Shown piece by piece: positions 10,277-16,436 of a stretch of DNA of 49,493 nucleotides (the first letter of the stretch is position 1; each line of letters opens with the position of its first letter). Source of the stretch: an uncultured bacterium (GTDB lineage: Bacteria > Bacillota_I > Bacilli_A > RF39 > UBA660); the NCBI GenBank assembly GCA_937863745.1, contig CALMHN010000068.1, positions 1 through 49,493 on the forward strand, given 5' to 3'. The translations under genes and the position numbers were made by a program. Below the pieces are notes generated by a model. The model was not told the DNA's origin and made no database searches. It saw only the letters and a program-made list of their open reading frames with translations.

Positions 10277-11054
10277 ATTCTTTCACTTCGCCATTAATAT
10301 TTACATGGCACTTCTTACATAGAGCATCTAAACCAACTACAGTTCCTTCTCCATCATAAGTTTTTAACTTTTGTCCTATTTTTGGTAATTCAGACCTGTT
10401 TTCAGTATAAACGTCATCTTCATAAGCAAGACAACATAGTAATCTACCACATAATCCATTAATTTTTGATGGATTTAAAGCTAATCCTTGGTTTTTTGCC
10501 ATATTTATACTTATTGATTCGGAATTATCAAGAAATGATGAACAACATAAAGGTCTTCCACATAATCCTAATCCGCCAACTAATTTTGATTTATCTCTTA
10601 CACCAATTTGTCTTAATTCAATCCTGGTATGATATTTATAGGCCAATTCTTTTACAAGATTTCTAAAGTCTATTCTATTATCTGCTGTAAAATTAAATAC
10701 TAATTGTTTTTTATCAAATGTATAACTTGCATCAAGAAAACGCATAGGTATATTTTCTTTTTCTACAAGTTCTTTAGCATATTCCATAGCTTCTTTTGCA
10801 TCTTTTATATTGTTTAGTAATGTATTGTAGTCTTCCTTTGTTGCTTTTCTTATTACTTTTTTCATTTCTTCTTTATTAATTTCATCATCGTTTATACTGT
10901 CTATTGAACATACTTTAGCATATTGTTCTCCATTTTCTGTATCAACAATTACATAATCATTAATGATTAATTCTAAATTTTCATTAATAAAATTATATAC
11001 TTTACCAAATCTTTTAAACTTAACTCCGATTATATTCATACCTTTTACTCCCAT
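10257..11054 (-). CDS. ricT: PSP1-domain protein (YaaT/RicT)
   Basis: Cys-rich GLGLCGRPLCCSSFL...GLCGRLLCCLAYE typical of YaaT/PSP1. Confidence 0.85.
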   Translation of the reverse strand: MGVKGMNIIGVKFKRFGKVYNFINENLELIINDYVIVDTENGEQYAKVCSIDSINDDEINKEEMKKVIRKATKEDYNTLLNNIKDAKEAMEYAKELVEKENIPMRFLDASYTFDKKQLVFNFTADNRIDFRNLVKELAYKYHTRIELRQIGVRDKSKLVGGLGLCGRPLCCSSFLDNSESISINMAKNQGLALNPSKINGLCGRLLCCLAYEDDVYTENRSELPKIGQKLKTYDGEGTVVGLDALCKKCHVNINGEVKEYDSHGK

Positions 11055-11905
11055 TTAATAAACATTTTGTTTATAGATAAATCTCTGTTAACATTACATC
11101 TAACATCTATTATAGCATCATTTATTATTTTAATTCTATTTGATAATTTATAAATGTTATTTTCGTCAATTAAATTAAAGAGATTAATTGCATATTCAGC
11201 ATTATTATTGCTATTGTTTAATACATTATCAAATTTTAATTCATATATTTTTTTTAATAGCATCAATATACTTTCCATTTGATTGCGATCATATGATGAT
11301 ATTTTTTTGGTATTTATCATTTTTTTATATTTGGTATTATCATTTAATATATTTATTAAATAAGTGGTTATATCATAGTAATTATTATAATATTCTTCGG
11401 TAATATCCAATAAGTCTAAAATATTATTGTTGTTATATTCAAAATTAAATATTTCGCATCTACTTCTAATGGTTGATAGTATTTTATTTGGTACAGCGGT
11501 TAAATAAAAGCCAACAATGTTTTCTTCTGGTTCTTCCAAGAATTTTAACAACTTATTGGAAGATGACTCACTTAATTTATCAGCATCATATATTATATAT
11601 GTTTTATAGCTATTCATAAAAGCCGTTGTTGAGAATCTATCAAGTAAGTCATATATTTCATCAACTAAAATTTCTCTTTTATCAGTTTTAATTGTATAAA
11701 CATCAGGATTTGTATTATCGTCTATTGTGCGATTGAGTTTTTCAATAAACTCTGCACTTTTTCCTTCTGAATTAATTTCTTTTATTATTTCTAATACATC
11801 TTTGTAAGTTTTTTCAACATTATTTGTGTTAAACAAAAAAGCATGAGAATTTTTTTTCTCATGAAATGATTTTATAATTACATTTATCGTGTCCTTATTA
11901 GTCAT
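11045..11905 (-). CDS. holB: DNA polymerase III delta' subunit
   Basis: AAA-like fold with HAFLF, a KLLKFLEEP box and SRC motif TIRSRCEIF. Start moved to the ATG at 11905 (MTNKD), preceded by AAGGAG; the longer ORF would overlap recR by 56 nt. Confidence 0.75.
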   Translation of the reverse strand: MTNKDTINVIIKSFHEKKNSHAFLFNTNNVEKTYKDVLEIIKEINSEGKSAEFIEKLNRTIDDNTNPDVYTIKTDKREILVDEIYDLLDRFSTTAFMNSYKTYIIYDADKLSESSSNKLLKFLEEPEENIVGFYLTAVPNKILSTIRSRCEIFNFEYNNNNILDLLDITEEYYNNYYDITTYLINILNDNTKYKKMINTKKISSYDRNQMESILMLLKKIYELKFDNVLNNSNNNAEYAINLFNLIDENNIYKLSNRIKIINDAIIDVRCNVNRDLSINKMFIKWE

Positions 11906-12518
11906 TTTTCTCCTTGTCTGATATTTCTTTTCTATCAAGTAGTGCTCGATCAAGAGTTATTGAATCTAGATAATCAATATCTACTCCCATTGGTATTCCA
12001 TATGATAATCTTGATATTTTTACGTTTTTATTTTCAAAAATCTTCTTTATATATAAAGTTGTTGTTTCGCCTTCAATGGATGGCTTTAATGCAATAATTA
12101 ATTCTGAATTCTTCGATTCGGGGTCAATTCTGCTTATTAATCCTCCTAGATTTATATCTTCTGGATATATTCCATCAATTGGTGATATCAATCCATTTAA
12201 TACATGATATTTTCCACGGAAGGTTCCTGATTTTTCAAACATGAATACACTTTTATAATCTTCAACTACGCATATCAAATTATTTTGTCTTGTTTCATCA
12301 TTACATATATCACATATTTCTTTATCAGTTAAATGACCACATATTTTGCATCTATGTAGTTTTTTCTTACATTTAACGATGTTTTCAGAAAATGATTCAA
12401 TATCTTCTTCTTCAAGGTCCAACATAGATAATGCTAATCTTTCGGCACTTTTCTCACCAATTCCTGGAAGTTTCTTAAATGAATTAATTGTATCGCTTAA
12501 TATTTCTGGATAAATCAT
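11898..12518 (-). CDS. recR: recombination protein RecR
   Basis: HhH KLPGIGEKSAERLA, zinc finger CKICGHL...CDIC, Toprim domain. Confidence 0.95.
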   Translation of the reverse strand: MIYPEILSDTINSFKKLPGIGEKSAERLALSMLDLEEEDIESFSENIVKCKKKLHRCKICGHLTDKEICDICNDETRQNNLICVVEDYKSVFMFEKSGTFRGKYHVLNGLISPIDGIYPEDINLGGLISRIDPESKNSELIIALKPSIEGETTTLYIKKIFENKNVKISRLSYGIPMGVDIDYLDSITLDRALLDRKEISDKEKND

Positions 12519-12519
12519 T

Positions 12520-12816
12520 TTAAATTAATCCGCCTAATTGTTTACCATATGATCCTAATTTTGTATCAACATCTTTATCTATTTTATTTATTGCATCATC
12601 AAATGCAATTTTAATCATATCTTCTAATATCTCAATATCATCATTTTCTACCTGATTAACTTTTAATTTAATTGATTTTACTTTCTTATTTCCCATCATT
12701 ACAACCGTAACCATTTGTGATTCACCTGTGTATTCCGTATCATAAATTTGTTTTTGTTTGTTTTGAATGTCCTTTTGCATTCTTTGTGCTTGTGCTAGCA
12801 TTGCTTGCATATTCAT
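12520..12816 (-). CDS. ebfC: nucleoid-associated protein YbaB/EbfC
   Basis: 98 aa, MLAQAQRMQKD start. Conserved dnaX-ybaB-recR order. Confidence 0.9.
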   Translation of the reverse strand: MNMQAMLAQAQRMQKDIQNKQKQIYDTEYTGESQMVTVVMMGNKKVKSIKLKVNQVENDDIEILEDMIKIAFDDAINKIDKDVDTKLGSYGKQLGGLI

Positions 12817-12828
12817 ATTTGTATTCTC

Positions 12829-14415
12829 CTATTCTATATTTATATTTTTATCGCCAAACAATTCTTTGGCTTCCGTAACAAACGTATTATCTTTATTAAT
12901 AAATTCTTCTTCCTCCATGATTGTATATTGTTTATTTTTATCAAATGTTTTTAACAATTTCTTCCAATCATTTTCTGAAATAAAAATTAATTCATAATTT
13001 TTATTAAACTTCTTAGAAAATTTATTTTCAATAAAATACAACTTAGCATTTAATATTACTTTGGTACTTTCGCTTTTTACAACAATAATAGCGTTTTTTT
13101 CCGATGCCACCATTGGAATGCTATCACGAGTTACTGCTAAAATATCTCGGATGTCTTCTTCCTTAATGTATTTTATAAAATCATTCCAAGTATTAATAAA
13201 GTCTTGTTTAATGTTTTTAGATGCATTTACAAAGGAATTATTTATTCTAACATTTATAAATTCATCACACATTTTGTAATAATTATCGCTTTTATTGTCC
13301 TTAATCATTTTGTTTACGTCAATTTTAGTGTCAAGTTGAATTATTTCCCGGGAAATAATTTGATTTATTTCTCTATTTGAAATTTTATTTTCATCATCAT
13401 TTATAAATGATATTAACTCTATTTGTAATAATAAATAGCCATTTAAGCCATCATTTAGCTTTTCTTCAATTTCATTTAATGATTTTATTATATTTTTTAA
13501 TTGATTAAATGCGTTATTACTAATGTTTTTTCTTTTAATTTGAATTGCTTTATTTAAGAAGTTATCTATTAGTTTATCAATCAATACTTTTATATTAACT
13601 CCCGATGCCTTTATTTCGCTTATTTTATCAATTAGCGTATCTAAGTCATTATGAAGTATTGCTGTATAAATTATATCAATATCATAATCAGTGACTGTTC
13701 CATAGTTTTGTTTAAGAATATCGACCGTGACAACATCAGCTGCTTTAGATAACTGATCAAGTACGCTTAAAGCATCACGCATACAACCATCTGATATGTT
13801 GCTTATTTCTTTTATTGCATCTTCTTCATATTTAATATTTTCTTTTTCACATATTTTTTCTAGATGTTTAGTTATTTCATCCTTATTTATTCTACAAAAG
13901 TCAAAACGTTGACATCTAGATAATATAGTAAGAGGAACCTTTTGAATCTCAGTTGTTGCTAAAATAAAAATAACATTTTCTGGTGGTTCTTCAAGTGTTT
14001 TAAGAAATGCGTTCCAGGCTGATGATGAAAGCATATGTGCTTCATCAATTATGTATATTTTATATTTGCTCATTGCTGGGGCTACTTGAACGCCATCAAT
14101 TATTAGACGCATATTATCAACACCATTGTTACTGGCTGCATCAAGCTCTATAATATCTGGATTATTATTAAAGTTTTTGCAGTTATCACATTTCTCGCAT
14201 GGAATTCCATTAGTAGAATTGGTACAGTTTAATGCTTTTGCAAAAAGTTTTGCCGTGCTTGTCTTGCCCGTTCCTCTTGGGCCTGTAAATAAATATGCAT
14301 GGGCTATTTTGTTTTCAATAATAGAGTTTTTAAGTATTTTAATAATGTGTTCTTGGCCTATTAATTCGTCAAAATTATTCGGTCTATATTTTCTGTATAA
14401 TACTTTATAATTCAT
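12829..14415 (-). CDS. dnaX: DNA polymerase III tau/gamma subunit
   Basis: Walker A GPRGTGKTS, zinc module CEKCDNC, DEAHML and SRCQRF motifs. Confidence 0.95.
   Translation of the reverse strand: MNYKVLYRKYRPNNFDELIGQEHIIKILKNSIIENKIAHAYLFTGPRGTGKTSTAKLFAKALNCTNSTNGIPCEKCDNCKNFNNNPDIIELDAASNNGVDNMRLIIDGVQVAPAMSKYKIYIIDEAHMLSSSAWNAFLKTLEEPPENVIFILATTEIQKVPLTILSRCQRFDFCRINKDEITKHLEKICEKENIKYEEDAIKEISNISDGCMRDALSVLDQLSKAADVVTVDILKQNYGTVTDYDIDIIYTAILHNDLDTLIDKISEIKASGVNIKVLIDKLIDNFLNKAIQIKRKNISNNAFNQLKNIIKSLNEIEEKLNDGLNGYLLLQIELISFINDDENKISNREINQIISREIIQLDTKIDVNKMIKDNKSDNYYKMCDEFINVRINNSFVNASKNIKQDFINTWNDFIKYIKEEDIRDILAVTRDSIPMVASEKNAIIVVKSESTKVILNAKLYFIENKFSKKFNKNYELIFISENDWKKLLKTFDKNKQYTIMEEEEFINKDNTFVTEAKELFGDKNINIE
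13339..13360. promoter_or_regulatory. perfect 22-bp palindrome containing the Noc-binding-site consensus ATTTCCCGGGAAAT
   Basis: AATTATTTCCCGGGAAATAATT read directly. The core at 13343-13356 equals the NBS consensus described for B. subtilis Noc. It lies inside the dnaX coding sequence. Confidence 0.55.
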
Positions 14416-14452
14416 AGTCCATCACCTGTATTTATTATATCATATAATAGCT

Positions 14453-14875
14453 CTATCTGTTTAAATTATCTTTAAAAAATGCGCTTAGTTTATCGGCATA
14501 AATGGTCTTTTCTTCATTAAAGTTTTCTATCGTACATTTGTTTGTCTTTTTATAAGAATTCATATTGTCTTTTTTCAACAGAAAATAAATATTATCTATT
14601 CTAGCCTCTTTGCAAATTTCCATGCACATGTTACATGGTTCAAGTGTAACATAAAGATCACATCCGTTTAATCGATAATCTCCAAGGGTTTTAATAGCTT
14701 CTTTTATTGCATTTATTTCTGCATGGCCTAGTACGTTATTGTTTAGTATTCTGTCATTATGACCTTTTCCAATTATTACATTATCTTTTACAATTACCGC
14801 TCCAACTGGAATGTCTAATGAATCTAATGACTTATCAGCTTCATTTAATATTTCTTTAATTATATTATTATCCAT
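14453..14875 (-). CDS. tadA: tRNA adenosine(34) deaminase
   Basis: CDA motifs HAEINAI and PCNMC. Confidence 0.9.
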   Translation of the reverse strand: MDNNIIKEILNEADKSLDSLDIPVGAVIVKDNVIIGKGHNDRILNNNVLGHAEINAIKEAIKTLGDYRLNGCDLYVTLEPCNMCMEICKEARIDNIYFLLKKDNMNSYKKTNKCTIENFNEEKTIYADKLSAFFKDNLNR

Positions 14876-14895
14876 TTTATTTCCTCATAAAAAAA

Positions 14896-14966
14896 GCGCA
14901 CACGATCAGGGATTAACGTGGCTGCTACATTCCTGTCCTGACCAGTTTATAATATAATCGTTGCGC
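14896..14966 (-). ncRNA. ffs: small (4.5S-type) signal recognition particle RNA
   Basis: Minus strand GCGCAACGAT...GGTCAGGACAGGAATGTAGCAGCCACG...ATCGTGTGCGC. Closing helix, GGAA tetraloop and the AGCAGCC domain-IV motif. Followed by a T-run and preceded by a strong promoter. Confidence 0.8.
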
Positions 14967-14972
14967 ATTTAA

Positions 14973-15000
14973 ATTATATCACATTTAAACTATGAATCAA
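14973..15000 (-). promoter_or_regulatory. promoter of the SRP RNA gene
   Basis: Minus strand TTGATT-16 bp-TATAAT with TGA immediately upstream (extended -10). -10 ends 6 nt before G14966. Confidence 0.6.
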
Positions 15001-15064
15001 TAATTTTGTTTATTTTTAACTTTTTTAATGTTTAAGTAACGTATTTTCGTAGCAAAATGGTTAA

Positions 15065-15080
15065 TGTTTCACGTGAAACA
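15065..15080. promoter_or_regulatory. parS: parS site 1 (perfect consensus)
   Basis: TGTTTCACGTGAAACA. The palindrome extends to 20 bp (15063-15082). Confidence 0.85.
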
Positions 15081-15194
15081 TTGTTTATAACTATTTATGT
15101 ACAAGTTATAACTATGCAGATATTATTTGATTATAAATAGTTATACTATTTTTTAAATTTTATTCATAATCATTGAAATCATATTTTTTTCTAC

Positions 15195-15216
15195 GCGCAG
15201 CTAATAATAGCTGCGC
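15195..15216 (+). terminator. GC-rich hairpin H1 (terminator-like on the plus strand)
   Basis: GCGCAGCTA-ATAA-TAGCTGCGC followed by TTATTTTATTT. Confidence 0.4.
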
Positions 15217-15286
15217 TTATTTTATTTATGCATTATTTTTTCAGATATTTTGTTAAGTCAACGTATTTACGTGTTAAAATGGTCAA

Positions 15287-15302
15287 TGTTTCACGTGAAA
15301 CA
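15287..15302. promoter_or_regulatory. parS: parS site 2 (perfect consensus)
   Basis: TGTTTCACGTGAAACA. 22-bp palindrome CAATGTTTCACGTGAAACATTG at 15284-15305. Confidence 0.85.
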
Positions 15303-15415
15303 TTGTTCATAACTATTATATTCATGTTTAATCTTATAAAAGATCCAATAATGTTGGATTCATTTTGAAAATTATTAATAAATGCTCCAATCAACTTTTT
15401 TGTCATAATTTCTAC

Positions 15416-15437
15416 GCGCAACTAAAAATAGTTGCGC
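15416..15437 (+). terminator. GC-rich hairpin H2
   Basis: GCGCAACTA-AAAA-TAGTTGCGC followed by TTATATTGTTTATT. Confidence 0.4.
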
Positions 15438-15503
15438 TTATATTGTTTATTCACTTTTTGATATTTCAGTTAATGCAACGCAATTACGTGCTAAAATGGT
15501 CAA

Positions 15504-15519
15504 TGTTTCACGTGAAACA
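15504..15519. promoter_or_regulatory. parS: parS site 3 (perfect consensus)
   Basis: TGTTTCACGTGAAACA. 22-bp palindrome at 15501-15522. Confidence 0.85.
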
Positions 15520-15691
15520 TTGTTTATAACTTCTTTACGAGCATTTGATTTTATAATAGAGATAATAATGTAAGATCTATTATTATTTTTTTAACTATTG
15601 TTTATTAAGCTACTCTATTAATATTATCTTTTCAATTTATATACCGTATATTAATTTAAGTTATATATCATAATCAGAGCAAAATTCTTAC

Positions 15692-15714
15692 GCGCAGCAA
15701 AATAATTGCTGCGC
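15692..15714 (+). terminator. GC-rich hairpin H3
   Basis: GCGCAGCAA-AATAA-TTGCTGCGC followed by TTTATAATCC. Confidence 0.4.
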
Positions 15715-15787
15715 TTTATAATCCAAACGTGTTAATTTTTTCGATTATCTTTAATAAAATAACGTAATTTCGTACCAAAACCACCAA

Positions 15788-15803
15788 TGTTTCACGTGAA
15801 ACA
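15788..15803. promoter_or_regulatory. parS: parS site 4 (perfect consensus)
   Basis: TGTTTCACGTGAAACA. 22-bp palindrome at 15785-15806. Confidence 0.85.
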
Positions 15804-15898
15804 TTGTTCATAACTATATATATAGGTAAATTGCATACTGTCTATATTGTATCTATTTATTATTTAAATCATGTTATATATTTAATCATATTTCTTAC

Positions 15899-15921
15899 GC
15901 GCAGCAAATTAATTGCTGCGC
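15899..15921 (+). terminator. GC-rich hairpin H4
   Basis: GCGCAGCAA-ATTAA-TTGCTGCGC. The downstream tract is less U-rich than for the other hairpins. Confidence 0.35.
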
Positions 15922-15994
15922 TCTACAATATATATTTGTTAATTGTTTGGATTGTTTTTAATAAGATAACGTAATTACGTACTAAAATGGTCAA

Positions 15995-16010
15995 TGTTTC
16001 ACGTGAAACA
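15995..16010. promoter_or_regulatory. parS: parS site 5 (perfect consensus)
   Basis: TGTTTCACGTGAAACA. 22-bp palindrome at 15992-16013. Preceded by the perfect dyad ACGTAATTACGT at 15969-15980. Confidence 0.85.
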
Positions 16011-16134
16011 TTGTTTATAACGTCGTTACGAACGTTTCATTTAATAATAGAGATAATAATATTAGATATTTTATTTAATTTATATATTGTTTATGAATTT
16101 AAGTAATATGTCATAATCAGAGTAAAATTCTTAC

Positions 16135-16157
16135 GCGCAGCAAAACAATTGCTGCGC
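16135..16157 (+). terminator. GC-rich hairpin H5
   Basis: GCGCAGCAA-AACAA-TTGCTGCGC followed by TTTATAATCC. Confidence 0.4.
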
Positions 16158-16230
16158 TTTATAATCCAAATGTGTTAATTTTTTTGATTATTTTTTATAA
16201 GGTAACGTAATTTCATACCAAAACCGCCAA

Positions 16231-16246
16231 TGTTTCACGTGAAACA
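16231..16246. promoter_or_regulatory. parS: parS site 6 (perfect consensus)
   Basis: TGTTTCACGTGAAACA. 22-bp palindrome at 16228-16249. Confidence 0.85.
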
Positions 16247-16395
16247 TTGTTCATAACTATTTACAAACGACTATAAGTTATCATTTGTATTAATAATTAT
16301 CATTGTCTAATTCATTATATTAATAACATAATGCTATTATTAATATAATCAAAGAATCATATACATGTAACGTATTTACGTGTTAAAAAGGTCAA

Positions 16396-16411
16396 TGTTT
16401 CACGTGAAACA
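16396..16411. promoter_or_regulatory. parS: parS site 7 (perfect consensus)
   Basis: TGTTTCACGTGAAACA. 18-bp palindrome at 16395-16412, directly abutting the gyrA terminator. Confidence 0.85.
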
Positions 16412-16412
16412 T

Positions 16413-16436
16413 AAAAAAAGAAGCTTATTAAGCTTC
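16413..16436 (-). terminator. gyrA intrinsic terminator
   Basis: Minus strand GAAGCTTAATAAGCTTC followed by TTTTTTT. The stem overlaps the gyrA stop codon. Confidence 0.7.

Larger units (their letters stand above)
15039..16412. repeat. tandem array of seven parS-containing modules in gene-free DNA
   Basis: Seven copies of the core ACGTAWWTACGT-N14-TGTTTCACGTGAAACA. parS starts are spaced 222, 217, 284, 207, 236 and 165 bp apart. Modules 3+4 are visibly homologous to modules 5+6. Confidence 0.9.

Noticed and set aside
15064-15090. Micro-ORF ATG TTT CAC GTG AAA CAT TGT TTA TAA (MFHVKHCL/S) present at six parS sites
   Set aside because: The ATG and reading frame are a by-product of the palindrome. 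There is no Shine-Dalgarno sequence upstream, and conservation is explained by the DNA motifs.
15233-15421. 62-aa minus-strand ORF from the track (MRVEIMTKKLIGAFINNF...)
   Set aside because: It lies wholly inside the repeat array and reads straight through a parS palindrome (VSRETL) and the dyad. It has no RBS, and equivalent frames are closed in the other modules. Almost certainly spurious.
15039-16412. CRISPR array interpretation of the regularly spaced palindromic repeats
   Set aside because: Repeat spacing is 165-284 bp, far longer than CRISPR spacers. The intervening segments are homologous to one another rather than unique. The repeat is a perfect palindrome identical to parS. No cas genes or leader are present.
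15039-16412. MITE/REP-type mobile repeat or rRNA/tRNA remnant
   Set aside because: No terminal inverted repeats with target-site duplications and no copies elsewhere in the 49 kb. No similarity to rRNA or tRNA structure. The conserved cores are recognisable protein-binding dyads.
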